Shown in pieces: positions 19,795 to 29,274 of a stretch of 55,147 nt of DNA. The notes beneath the pieces were generated by a model. That model did not search any database. It was not told the origin of the DNA and worked only from the letters and a program-made list of their open reading frames with translations. Source of the DNA: Bacillota bacterium (GTDB taxonomy: Bacteria > Bacillota > TC1); assembly GCA_024635955.1 (NCBI GenBank), contig JAGXHX010000082.1, positions 1 to 55,147 of the forward strand, given 5' to 3'. Position numbers and translations under genes: made by a program. The first letter of the stretch is position 1. Each line of letters begins with the position of its first letter.

Positions 19795-21272
19795 AGTTTA
19801 CTAGCCTCCTCAATCGCCTTTATTAAGGCTTTAGCCTTTGTTTCACATTCTAAATATTCTTTTTCTGGCACACTGTCTTGAACTATTCCTGCTCCAGCTT
19901 GAATATATGCTTTATTATCTTTTATTAAAACAGTTCTTATAGCTATACATGTATCCATTACTCCATCAAAAGATATATAACCTATTGTTCCCCCATATAG
20001 ACAACGCTTGTTTTTTTCTAATTCATCTATGATTTCCATAGCTTTAACTTTTGGAGCACCAGATAGTGTACCTGCAGGTAAAACAGCTTTTAAGGCATCA
20101 ATCATACTCATATCAGCCCTTAATTCCCCTTCAACTTGACTAGTTAAATGAAATAGTTGAGAATATTTTTCTATAACCATAAATTGAGGGACTTGAACCG
20201 TACCAAACTTAGAAACCTTACCTATATCATTTCTACCTAAATCAACCAACATTGTATGTTCTGCTTTTTCTTTTTCATCATTAATTAATTTACTTTCCAT
20301 TAACTTGTCTTCATACATATCCTTACCTCTTTTTATGGTTCCCGCTATAGGCTTAGTAGTTATTCTTCCATTTTCTACATTGACTAACATTTCTGGAGAA
20401 GCACCAGCTATTGAAAAATCTTCAGTTTGAATGAAATACATATAGGGGGATGGATTTGTGGATCTTAACATTCTATAAATATTAAATGCTTCAGGTGGAT
20501 TTTCCACTTCGAATCTATTAGAGAGCACTACTTGAAAGATATCTCCTTCTACTATTCTTTTTTTAGCCTTAATAACATTTTCTATATATTCTTCTTTATT
20601 TATATTGCTTTTAACTTGAGGTTCAACAACCTTATTTTCACCTCTGTTCATATAGGTGAATCTTGTAATTTTTTCCATAATTTTTCCAGCTTTTTTAGTT
20701 GCTATTAAATAGTTTTTTTCATAATCTCCAGAAGTTAATAGATTTATTGTTACACTAAGTTCATGAGTTAAATGATCAAAAGCTATAATTTCAGTACATT
20801 TGAATAATAATATATCAGGTATTTGCAAATCATCCTCAGGTACATTTATTAATTTATTTTCTACATATCTAACCGTATCATAACTAAAATAACCAATATA
20901 TCCACCTGAAAGTTTTGGACAACCATCAATTTTAGGACTATTGTTTGTAACTAACAAGTTATCAATATATTCTAATGGGTTAATACCTTTAATTTCTTTT
21001 TTTTGATTACCGATTGTATGGATAATATTAGCATCTCTAACTTCTATTGTTTCCACAGGATCATAGGCTATAAATGAATATCTTCCCCATTTGTCACCAT
21101 TTTCAACACTTTCCAAAAAAAGTGCATTTTTGTGTGCATCCTTCAAGGAAAGAAATACATTAACCAAGGTGCTAGAATCATATAACATCTTAGTTGTTAT
21201 TGGTAAATAATGATAGTTTTCCAGATAGTTGCGTCCATCCTCTAAACTAGGGTAAAATTTGCTTTCATTCAT
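19791..21272 (-). CDS. trpE: Anthranilate synthase component I
   Basis: Chorismate-binding motifs (GTLSGAPK, YGGTIGY, AGAGIV). Start placed at the ATG at 21272, 8 nt after AAAGGA. Confidence 0.92.
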   Translation of the reverse strand: MNESKFYPSLEDGRNYLENYHYLPITTKMLYDSSTLVNVFLSLKDAHKNALFLESVENGDKWGRYSFIAYDPVETIEVRDANIIHTIGNQKKEIKGINPLEYIDNLLVTNNSPKIDGCPKLSGGYIGYFSYDTVRYVENKLINVPEDDLQIPDILLFKCTEIIAFDHLTHELSVTINLLTSGDYEKNYLIATKKAGKIMEKITRFTYMNRGENKVVEPQVKSNINKEEYIENVIKAKKRIVEGDIFQVVLSNRFEVENPPEAFNIYRMLRSTNPSPYMYFIQTEDFSIAGASPEMLVNVENGRITTKPIAGTIKRGKDMYEDKLMESKLINDEKEKAEHTMLVDLGRNDIGKVSKFGTVQVPQFMVIEKYSQLFHLTSQVEGELRADMSMIDALKAVLPAGTLSGAPKVKAMEIIDELEKNKRCLYGGTIGYISFDGVMDTCIAIRTVLIKDNKAYIQAGAGIVQDSVPEKEYLECETKAKALIKAIEEASKL

Positions 21273-21293
21273 CTTAAACATCCTTTCTTATAC

Positions 21294-21540
21294 AAAAAGA
21301 GTCAATCATCCAAGGGACGATTGACTCGTGGTGCCACCCAATTTTAAATTATTTTCATAATTCCTTTAAAGGTACTAACATACCCCGACCCTTTAACGTG
21401 GGACATACGGCTTGATATACTAATGTTTCCATTTTCCACCAGCTTCTCACAAATCCATTCCTAATTGTTACTAACACTGAATTTCCACCATCATCAGCTC
21501 TCTATTGTCGTTTGCCAATAAGTACTCACCTTTGCTCAAC
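21294..21540 (-). promoter_or_regulatory. T-box leader (tRNA-Trp-responsive) with intrinsic terminator, upstream of trpE
   Basis: Minus strand shows an AGAGAG bulge, a GAA-UGG-A specifier context (UGG at 21457-21455) and the T-box sequence AAUUGGGUGGCACCACG. A terminator follows: GAGTCAATCGTCCCTTGGATGATTGACTC plus T5. Confidence 0.85.
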
Positions 21541-21630
21541 GAATTTAAATTAACTCTAATATTTAATTCTAATATCTTATACGCTTGTATTTTAGCATAT
21601 CTATTTCTAAAAGACCATAGCTTTCTCCAA

Positions 21631-23310
21631 TTATTTTTCAATTAACCCTTTGGCTTTATTTATTCCATCTTCAAAATTATTAAAAAAGCACCAAGATCCA
21701 ACAGATTCCACAAAACCAGATTTAATCATCAAGTTCATAGGTTTTTCTTGTACCCCGGTAAATATTAGCTTGATCTTATGCTTTTTACATTGAGTTTTAA
21801 TTCTATTCAAAACATTCAAGGCTGTTGCATCAAATACAAGTACATTTTTCATACGGATTATCATTACTTCTGCTCTAATGTCAATTTCATTAACTAAATC
21901 CATAAATGTATTTGCCGCACCGAAAAATAATGGACCATTAATTTCATAAATTATAATTTTATCATTTTCTTTAATAATACTATCAATATCTTCTCCAGTC
22001 TCACTATCTTCCCCCTCTTCAGCTGAATCTGCATACATATAATCTACTTTTTTTATATTTGTTGCTTCAGAGCTTTTCTTGATAAAAAGAAACATAGCTA
22101 ATATCATGCCCATTTCTATAGCTATAACTAAGTCAAATACAACTGTTAGGGTAAATGTGATTAGTAATACAGATATATCACTTTTTGTAGATTTAAAAAG
22201 ATCTTTAAATTCTCTCCACTCACTCATATTATATGAAATTATAACCAATATTGCTGCTAAGGTAGTCATTGGTATCAATTTAGCAAATGGCATCAATAAC
22301 ATCATTATCAGTAAAAGGAAAACTGAATGTACAATTCCAGCTATTGGTGTTCTACCACCATTTTTTACATTGGCTGCAGTTCTAGCTATTGCCCCTGTTG
22401 CTGGTATGCCTCCAAATAATGCACTAACAATATTTGCCATACCCTGGGCTACTAGTTCCATATTTGAGTTATGTTTTTTACCTATCATGCCATCAGCTAC
22501 AACAGCAGATAATAATGATTCTATTCCAGCTAATATAGCTATCGTTATAGCTGGTTGAATTAAATCTGATATCATCTTAAAGTTTATATTAGGTAAGTTT
22601 GGGATAGGTATTGTTGATGAAACTTCACCAAAACGACTACCGATAGTTTCAACAGGTAAATTAAATATCTGCACTATTAAAGTTGTAACCACTAAGGCTA
22701 CAAGAGCACCAGGTATTTTTTTATTTATTTTCGGCATATATATAATAATCAATAAAGCTATAACACCTATTATAACCGTTTCTATTTGCATACTATTAAT
22801 ATTGGAAAAATATGCTCCCCATTTTTCGAAAAATTCCGATGGGACAATGTCCATTCTTAATCCGAATAAATCTTTAATTTGTGTTGAGAATAGAACTATA
22901 GCAATACCAGCTGTAAAACCAGTTGTAATAGAATATGGGATATATTTTATTACACTACCAAATTTAACTAATCCAAAAATTATAAGTATTATACCAGCCA
23001 TAACTGTAGCAACGGCTAGCCCTTCTATACTGTATTTTTGGATGATTCCATAAATGATAATAACAAAGGCGCCAGTTGGCCCGCCAATTTGCACTCTACT
23101 TCCACCAAAAAATGAAATTATAAAACCGCCAACGATTGCAGTAATCAAACCTTTTTCTGGTGATACACCAGATGCAATGGCTAAGGCAATTGACAAAGGT
23201 AAGGCAATTACTGCTACAATTATTCCAGAAACAATATCTTTGGTAATTCGGTTTTTAGAAAATTCTTGCCTACTGTTTTTTAATAGAGAAAAAAGTTTAG
23301 GCATCATCAT
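21631..23310 (-). CDS. SulP family inorganic anion transporter with C-terminal STAS domain
   Basis: 559 aa with a polytopic N-terminal domain (GGPTGAF and GIPATGAIARTA motifs) and a C-terminal STAS-like region (YEINGPLFFGAA). Confidence 0.85.
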   Translation of the reverse strand: MMMPKLFSLLKNSRQEFSKNRITKDIVSGIIVAVIALPLSIALAIASGVSPEKGLITAIVGGFIISFFGGSRVQIGGPTGAFVIIIYGIIQKYSIEGLAVATVMAGIILIIFGLVKFGSVIKYIPYSITTGFTAGIAIVLFSTQIKDLFGLRMDIVPSEFFEKWGAYFSNINSMQIETVIIGVIALLIIIYMPKINKKIPGALVALVVTTLIVQIFNLPVETIGSRFGEVSSTIPIPNLPNINFKMISDLIQPAITIAILAGIESLLSAVVADGMIGKKHNSNMELVAQGMANIVSALFGGIPATGAIARTAANVKNGGRTPIAGIVHSVFLLLIMMLLMPFAKLIPMTTLAAILVIISYNMSEWREFKDLFKSTKSDISVLLITFTLTVVFDLVIAIEMGMILAMFLFIKKSSEATNIKKVDYMYADSAEEGEDSETGEDIDSIIKENDKIIIYEINGPLFFGAANTFMDLVNEIDIRAEVMIIRMKNVLVFDATALNVLNRIKTQCKKHKIKLIFTGVQEKPMNLMIKSGFVESVGSWCFFNNFEDGINKAKGLIEK

Positions 23311-23867
23311 TTATTTTTACCCCCAATTCCTCTCCAATAATCTTCCCAAATATAATTATATTCATTATTTTCATTGTTAAAGTTATATATTATTTTACTT
23401 GATAATAATCCATGAATAAGTGCTAAAAATGCAATAGCAGAATTATTAATATTTTGTGATGGTATTATTCCATCATCAATATATTTTTTAAAAATTTCTC
23501 TTATGATTTCCAGTCTTTTTATAGATAGTTCATCCATTTTTTTTATTAAAGTAAATTTGAACATTTGAGGTGGAAATAGTAATAGTCTTTTCCAAAAGTA
23601 AAGTTTTGTTTCAGATCCTTCATAGTAATTAAGAATTGCAAAAAATATTTTCTTCAGTTCTCTGTTGTCTTCCTTTACTTCAAAAAAATAATTGTCTATT
23701 TCTTTATCAATTATTTCATATAGTAAATTTTCCTTACTTGAAAAATGAGCATAAAAAGAAGCTTTTTGTATGCCTACATCATTTGTAATTTCAGATATAG
23801 AAAAACTAGTTCCTTTTTCTGCATATAAACTTACTGCAATTTCAATAATTTTTTTCTTTGTTTCCAT
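23307..23867 (-). CDS. TetR/AcrR family transcriptional regulator
   Basis: N-terminal HTH (KIIEIAVSLYAEKGTSFSISEITNDVGIQKASFYAHFSSKENLL). Its stop overlaps the SulP start. Confidence 0.85.
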   Translation of the reverse strand: METKKKIIEIAVSLYAEKGTSFSISEITNDVGIQKASFYAHFSSKENLLYEIIDKEIDNYFFEVKEDNRELKKIFFAILNYYEGSETKLYFWKRLLLFPPQMFKFTLIKKMDELSIKRLEIIREIFKKYIDDGIIPSQNINNSAIAFLALIHGLLSSKIIYNFNNENNEYNYIWEDYWRGIGGKNK

Positions 23868-23891
23868 TATCTGTCTCCTTACAAAAAACTA

Positions 23892-23907
23892 CCTACCGTA
23901 AGGTAGG
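23892..23907. promoter_or_regulatory. Inverted repeat CCTACC-n4-GGTAGG between the putative -10 and the tetR start (candidate TetR operator)
   Basis: Arms at 23892-23897 and 23902-23907, located downstream of a TATAAT on the minus strand. Confidence 0.3.
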
Positions 23908-23976
23908 GCAATATGATTATATAATAATGTTGCATATAAGTCTATATATAATCTTAAATATAAGCATATATTTAAG

Positions 23977-24015
23977 AAAAATAAAATAGCGTAGATACAT
24001 CTACGCTATTTTTTA
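23977..24015. terminator. Bidirectional rho-independent terminator
   Basis: ATAGCGTAGA / TCTACGCTAT form a 10-bp stem with a 4-nt loop, flanked by A-rich and T-rich runs. Confidence 0.65.
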
Positions 24016-24055
24016 AATCTTTATTTTTCTTCTGTTTGTTAAAATTTTGATAATC

Positions 24056-24565
24056 CTAATCTTGTGGATTAAGAATCTCCTTAAGTTCTTTAAGTTTTTC
24101 TGGAGAAGTTCCATAATCTTTTATGTTTCCCTCTACTAATTTATTGGCTTCCTCAATATCCAAATTATAATTATACGTTTTATAATTAATATCTACAGAG
24201 CTTAAATTATCTACTAAAGCTAATAAATAAAATGCATAATCAATTTGACTAATAGCTTTAAACTTATCTTCATCACCATTATCTTTTAGTTTTGAATAAT
24301 TAATTGTCAAACTATATGGTTCTTTATCAGTACTTAAATCAATAGTGTATTCCCCTAAATCGCCAACTCCTAAAATATTAAGCAAATTGATAACTTCAGA
24401 ATTGTTCCCAATATACTGAACTTTTTTATTATAGTAAACAGTATATCTTGAATTTGCATTATTTTCTACTTCACTGTTGGTTTTATTCCAGGTATTAGAA
24501 CAACCTGCAAGAAGTAATAAAAAGACTAAAGCTACTACTAGTAAAATATTTAATCTAGTTTTCAT
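24056..24565 (-). CDS. Lipoprotein, DUF4825-like
   Basis: Signal peptide with lipobox LLAGCS, and a YIGNNSEVINLLNIL segment that resembles DUF4825 proteins as I recall them. Start moved to the ATG at 24565 (GGGAG SD), which avoids overlap with the upstream gene. Confidence 0.55.
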   Translation of the reverse strand: MKTRLNILLVVALVFLLLLAGCSNTWNKTNSEVENNANSRYTVYYNKKVQYIGNNSEVINLLNILGVGDLGEYTIDLSTDKEPYSLTINYSKLKDNGDEDKFKAISQIDYAFYLLALVDNLSSVDINYKTYNYNLDIEEANKLVEGNIKDYGTSPEKLKELKEILNPQD

Positions 24566-24584
24566 TAATGAATATTCTACTCCC

Positions 24585-24980
24585 TTATTTTTTAATAACA
24601 ACTTCAAATTCGGGTGGTTTAGCTAAATGTTTTTTTACTGTACATGTATCTAATACTTTTTTCAAAGCTCCAAGATACTTTTCAGGAAAATCATCAGGAA
24701 CATCTACTTCAATTCTTAATTTATTCACCCTATTTTCTTCTTCATCATAGTCAGGATACATTCTAATTTTAAGATCCTTTGTACTAATATTTCTCCTTCT
24801 TAAAAACCCTAAGGCAACACTGCCACTACAAGCGATGATAGAAGCAAGGAATAAGTCAAAAGGTGACATACCCTCATCTTCTCCACCATCTTCCAATTTC
24901 TGGTCAGTTAGCAATTTATGATTACCATAATCAATTTCGATTTTTTTCCCGCCTGGGAAAGTTAAACTAAACTCATCCAT
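24585..24980 (-). CDS. OsmC family protein
   Basis: 131 aa with a GMSPFDLFLASIIACSGS motif and a C-terminal C-containing segment (LDTCTV) typical of OsmC/YhfA-like proteins. Confidence 0.75.
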   Translation of the reverse strand: MDEFSLTFPGGKKIEIDYGNHKLLTDQKLEDGGEDEGMSPFDLFLASIIACSGSVALGFLRRRNISTKDLKIRMYPDYDEEENRVNKLRIEVDVPDDFPEKYLGALKKVLDTCTVKKHLAKPPEFEVVIKK

Positions 24981-25040
24981 CTTAATTCCTCCTCTGCAAA
25001 ATTTTGACAGTACTATTAAGACAATTATATAAGTAATAAT

Positions 25041-25793
25041 TTATTTAAACAATATATAGATCACAAATAGGTAAGCCAGTTGGTTATATTCAACTAATGC
25101 ACCAAGCATGTCACCAGTTATTCCAGAAAGTTTTTTTTGCCAACTTTTAATTAAAATATAGGTTAATATAGTTATTGCTAAATATATTAATAATCCTTTC
25201 CAAGAGAAAAATACAAGAAATATTATTAAGACTAATAAAATAACAATCCAACTATTCTGCCAAGTTCTTTCTTCAATAAAAATCTTTCCAAGCCCTTTAT
25301 AGTTTTTCGGATAATTACCAATAATACTTCCTAACAACATCCCAAGTCTTCCAGCCACAGGTAATAGTAATAATATTTTCCAATTTAAATTGTCAATTAG
25401 CAATAGATAATCAAGGAATAACACAAATATTATTGACATAAATCCACCAGTACCAAGCCTGCTATCCTTCATTATATTATAGAATACCTCTCCACTTTTT
25501 CCAGAAAATAGAGCATCTCCTAAATCACCTACTCCATCAATATGTAGTCCTCCAGTAAAAAATATATAAATAACTAAAACTAGAACTGCAACTATATATG
25601 AAGGAAAATAAATTGATGAAACTAAATTGATAACAACTAGTAATGAACCTATTAATAAACCTATCAATGGTCCAAAAACTAGACCTGAAGACAGCTTTAA
25701 AGAGCTGAATTCCAATGATTTAGGAATAGGTAATTTGGTTAAAAATCCAATTGCTATTAATATTTTTTCTAGTTGCCTCCAAATCCATTTCAT
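25041..25793 (-). CDS. cobS: Adenosylcobinamide-GDP ribazoletransferase (cobalamin 5'-phosphate synthase)
   Basis: Membrane protein with FLTKLPIP and HIDGVGD motifs characteristic of CobS. Confidence 0.87.
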   Translation of the reverse strand: MKWIWRQLEKILIAIGFLTKLPIPKSLEFSSLKLSSGLVFGPLIGLLIGSLLVVINLVSSIYFPSYIVAVLVLVIYIFFTGGLHIDGVGDLGDALFSGKSGEVFYNIMKDSRLGTGGFMSIIFVLFLDYLLLIDNLNWKILLLLPVAGRLGMLLGSIIGNYPKNYKGLGKIFIEERTWQNSWIVILLVLIIFLVFFSWKGLLIYLAITILTYILIKSWQKKLSGITGDMLGALVEYNQLAYLFVIYILFK

Positions 25794-25808
25794 AAACTTC
25801 TCCTTAAT

Positions 25809-26363
25809 TTAACCTTTTATCTTCAAGTCAATTCCAGAAATACAAAAGTGTACTTCATCAGCTTCACTTGCTAATAATTGATTAACTCTACCTAAAATAT
25901 CTCTAAATACTCTGTTAATAAAAGTTTCAGGTACTAAACCAAGGCCTATTTCATTTGTTACTAAAAAACTATTACCTTTTCTTACTTTCAACTTTTCAAC
26001 AAGAGAAGCAATTTCATCTAAAACAACTCTTTCTATTTGAGCTGCCAATAAAATATTTTCTGTAGACATTTGGTCAAACTTTCCCCAATCCTTAACTTCA
26101 TCATAAATAATATTAGTTACCATGATTGTTACACAATCTAATAATATAGTTTCATCTATCATTATTGTTGTGAAATCAAAATCTCTATAACTTTCGATTA
26201 AACCCCAATCTTTTGGTCTTTTATCTTGATGGTTTTTTATTCTTTCAGTCATTTCTTCATCAATTGGCAGAGACGTTGCAATATATGTTACTTTCTTTTT
26301 TGTTTCTTGAGCCATTTTTTCAGCGATTGTACTTTTCCCACTTCTTGCACCGCCTGTTATCAA
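25809..26363 (-). CDS. cobU: Bifunctional adenosylcobinamide kinase / adenosylcobinamide-phosphate guanylyltransferase
   Basis: P-loop TGGARSGKS. The track start is TTG; the conserved N-terminus (G)KIILITGG extends to an ATA at 26378 that is correctly spaced from the SD (see findings). Confidence 0.87.
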   Translation of the reverse strand: MITGGARSGKSTIAEKMAQETKKKVTYIATSLPIDEEMTERIKNHQDKRPKDWGLIESYRDFDFTTIMIDETILLDCVTIMVTNIIYDEVKDWGKFDQMSTENILLAAQIERVVLDEIASLVEKLKVRKGNSFLVTNEIGLGLVPETFINRVFRDILGRVNQLLASEADEVHFCISGIDLKIKG

Positions 26364-26378
26364 TATAATTTTACCTAT

Positions 26379-27455
26379 TTAAATCAGATCCTCTCTTATA
26401 TCAACTAAAATACATTGATCAATATTATTATTCTCTAGCTGACCCATATGATTTATCATAGCCATTGAACTATCGATTATTTTAAACATCAAGGTACATC
26501 CTGTACCTTCCCCTAGTCTCATTTTCATATTTAAAGGAGCTTCCATTTCTAATGTCTCTTCTATTAACTTAAATCCAGGTTCCATAGACTTATGACTTAA
26601 TAACATGTAGTCTTTGACTAAAGGATTTAATTTGCAGGCCATTAAGGCACTTATTCCTGAAATAAATCCATCTACTACGACTGGTATTTGCAAATAAGCA
26701 CAGCCTAAATATACACCAATCATTGCGCCTATATCGTAGCCACCATACCTTGTTAAAAGTTTAATCGGATCTTCTGTGAAATTCTCATATCTATTTAGTG
26801 CTTGTAATATAATTTTTTTCTTATGTTCCAGCATTTCCTGACTAAGACCAGCTCCTCGTCCTACAGTTTTATCTAAAGATGACTTTGTTAAAGCTGTTAA
26901 TAGTAAACTACTTGTTGTACTATTACCTATTCCCATTTCTCCAGTTCCAATTATTTGATAACCATCTTCATAAGCCTCAAAGACCATATCTATGCCTTTT
27001 TGTATGGCTAACTCAGCCTCTTCAATAGTCATAGCATCCTCAATAGCTAAATTTTTAGTACCCATTTTTATCTTATGATCATAAAGTCCATCTATATCAA
27101 GAAATGCATCAACTCCAACATCAATCACCCTAATATCAGCTCCTGCAGACTTGGCTAATACGCTAATTCCACCTACACCTTTAAGGAAGTTGCCCACCTG
27201 TATGGCAGTAACCTCTTTTGGAGCACTTGCAACTCCTTCTACTACAACACCATTATCACTGGCAAAGATAAGAATTAATTTTTTATCAAAAGAATTTTTT
27301 ACAGATCCGCTAATTCCAGCTAATTTAATGGCAGTTTCTTCTAAAACCCCAAGACTTCCTAAAGGTTTCAACAAAGAGTCTACATAATCACTAGCTTTTT
27401 TTTTAATTGGATTATCGCTTTCCTTTATCTCTTTAATAATTTTTTTATAATGCAT
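26379..27455 (-). CDS. cobT: Nicotinate-nucleotide--dimethylbenzimidazole phosphoribosyltransferase
   Basis: GEMGIGNSTTSS and RLGEGTG motifs. Confidence 0.9.
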   Translation of the reverse strand: MHYKKIIKEIKESDNPIKKKASDYVDSLLKPLGSLGVLEETAIKLAGISGSVKNSFDKKLILIFASDNGVVVEGVASAPKEVTAIQVGNFLKGVGGISVLAKSAGADIRVIDVGVDAFLDIDGLYDHKIKMGTKNLAIEDAMTIEEAELAIQKGIDMVFEAYEDGYQIIGTGEMGIGNSTTSSLLLTALTKSSLDKTVGRGAGLSQEMLEHKKKIILQALNRYENFTEDPIKLLTRYGGYDIGAMIGVYLGCAYLQIPVVVDGFISGISALMACKLNPLVKDYMLLSHKSMEPGFKLIEETLEMEAPLNMKMRLGEGTGCTLMFKIIDSSMAMINHMGQLENNNIDQCILVDIREDLI

Positions 27456-27464
27456 TTTAATCTC

Positions 27465-28256
27465 CTAAATATTCACATGTATAATAAAAGGCTTCTTTGT
27501 AACTGGATTATCTATTATTTTAACTTTTATTCCGTAAGTATCTTCTATAATATTTTGTCTTATAATTTCTTTTGGAACTCCTTTAGAAACCAAACGACCT
27601 TCTTTCAGAATAATTATTTCATCACTATAGTTTACTGCCAGATTAATATCATGAAGCACACAAATTGTGGTTAGACCTTCCTTGTCTACTAATTCCCTCA
27701 CGATATTCATTATTTCTATTTGATTATGAAGGTCTAACTGTGATACTGGTTCATCAAGTAACATTATCCCTGCTTCTTGTGCTAAAGCCCTGGCAACTAT
27801 TATTCTTTGTTTTTCACCACCACTCATCTTTGTAACGCTTCTGTTTTTCAAATGAAGTGTATTGGTTTTTTTCATGGAATCTCTTACGATTGCCATATCA
27901 TTTTGGCCTTCTTTTTCAAGTCTCTTTAAATGAGGAATTCTACCCATAAGCACTATTTCCTCACCTAAAAGATCAAAATCTATACTCGTTTCCTGAGGAA
28001 CCATAGATATTTTTTTAGCTAATTTTTTAATTTTCAAATCTCTTATATCGATTTTATCAATAAAAACACTACCTCTTGGATTATCAAGGTTTTTAGATAT
28101 GGCTTTTAATAATGTCGATTTTCCTGCTCCATTAGGTCCGAGAATAGTATAAAACTTACCTTTTTCTAATTCAAGGTTCAAGTTATCTAATGCAATTATT
28201 CCGTTATAATCAATTGTTAAATTCTTTATTTTCATAATACTAGACATAATTCTCAT
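27465..28256 (-). CDS. ABC transporter ATP-binding protein (FecE/BtuD-type, iron-siderophore/cobalamin family)
   Basis: Walker A GPNGAGKST, signature LSGGEKQR and Walker B MLLDEP. Start placed at the ATG at 28256, 7 nt after AGGAAG. Confidence 0.87.
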   Translation of the reverse strand: MRIMSSIMKIKNLTIDYNGIIALDNLNLELEKGKFYTILGPNGAGKSTLLKAISKNLDNPRGSVFIDKIDIRDLKIKKLAKKISMVPQETSIDFDLLGEEIVLMGRIPHLKRLEKEGQNDMAIVRDSMKKTNTLHLKNRSVTKMSGGEKQRIIVARALAQEAGIMLLDEPVSQLDLHNQIEIMNIVRELVDKEGLTTICVLHDINLAVNYSDEIIILKEGRLVSKGVPKEIIRQNIIEDTYGIKVKIIDNPVTKKPFIIHVNI

Positions 28257-29256
28257 CTCTTTTCTTCCTAATGAGCAGGAAAATAAAGAATGGTGCTCCA
28301 AAAAAGGCAGTTATTGCTCCTATTGGAAGTTCTGCCGGTTTGACTACCACTCTAGCTAATGTATCACATAGTAGCAAAAATAAGCTTCCATATAAAAAGG
28401 ATAATGGCAATAGTTTTTTAAAATCAGCACCTATGACAATTCTTAATAGATGAGGAATCATCAAGCCAACAAAACCTATTATGCCACTTGTTGCTACCAA
28501 AACCCCTATCATAAAGGTACTTGCTAATATTATGGTATTTCTGGCTCTATTCACATCAACTCCAAAGCTTTTAGCTTGTGTTTCACCTGTCATTATTCCG
28601 TTTAAGTCTCTGGCAAATAATCTTAAAATAATCATGCCAATTATTATTACGGGTATAATTATGTATAGTTTTTCCCAACTAGATGTTGAGAAACTACCAA
28701 AAGTCCACATGATTATTTGTTTCATTTTGTCATATCTTAAAAACATAAAAAGATAAATTATGGAAGAAGCAAAAAAATTAAGAGCTACCCCACTAAGTAA
28801 CAGAGTATTACTATCAAGACTACCTCTAGCTCTGGCTATCATGAAAATTGTTACCATTGTTAACAATGCTCCACCAAAGGCAAATATGGATATACCAGTA
28901 AACCCAATTATTGGAATGCTTACTCCTAAAACTATTGCAATTGTTGCTCCCAATGCTGCACCTGAAGAAATTCCCAGAACAAAAGGATCAGCCATAGGAT
29001 TTCTAAACAATCCTTGGAAAACAGCACCTACTATAGCTAACCCACCACCGGTTATTAATGCTGTCAAAATTCTTGGTAGTCTTATAGCCCATATAATTTT
29101 TTCTTGGCTAGCTTGTCCAAGAAAAAATAGAGCTTTAAGAGACTCTAAAATTGACATGTCTGCTCCACCAAGTGAAATTCCAAGTATTATAGCAAAACCT
29201 AAAAGCAATAAGCCTATTATTGTTAATTTTCTGCTTTTTCTTCTGCTTTCTTCCAT
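28240..29256 (-). CDS. FecCD/BtuC family ABC transporter permease
   Basis: About 10 TM segments, with GGLAIVGAVFQGLFRNPMADPFVLGISSGA typical of FecCD permeases. Confidence 0.87.
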   Translation of the reverse strand: MEESRRKSRKLTIIGLLLLGFAIILGISLGGADMSILESLKALFFLGQASQEKIIWAIRLPRILTALITGGGLAIVGAVFQGLFRNPMADPFVLGISSGAALGATIAIVLGVSIPIIGFTGISIFAFGGALLTMVTIFMIARARGSLDSNTLLLSGVALNFFASSIIYLFMFLRYDKMKQIIMWTFGSFSTSSWEKLYIIIPVIIIGMIILRLFARDLNGIMTGETQAKSFGVDVNRARNTIILASTFMIGVLVATSGIIGFVGLMIPHLLRIVIGADFKKLLPLSFLYGSLFLLLCDTLARVVVKPAELPIGAITAFFGAPFFIFLLIRKKRDENYV

Positions 29257-29274
29257 TATTTCTCCTTTTTATAT

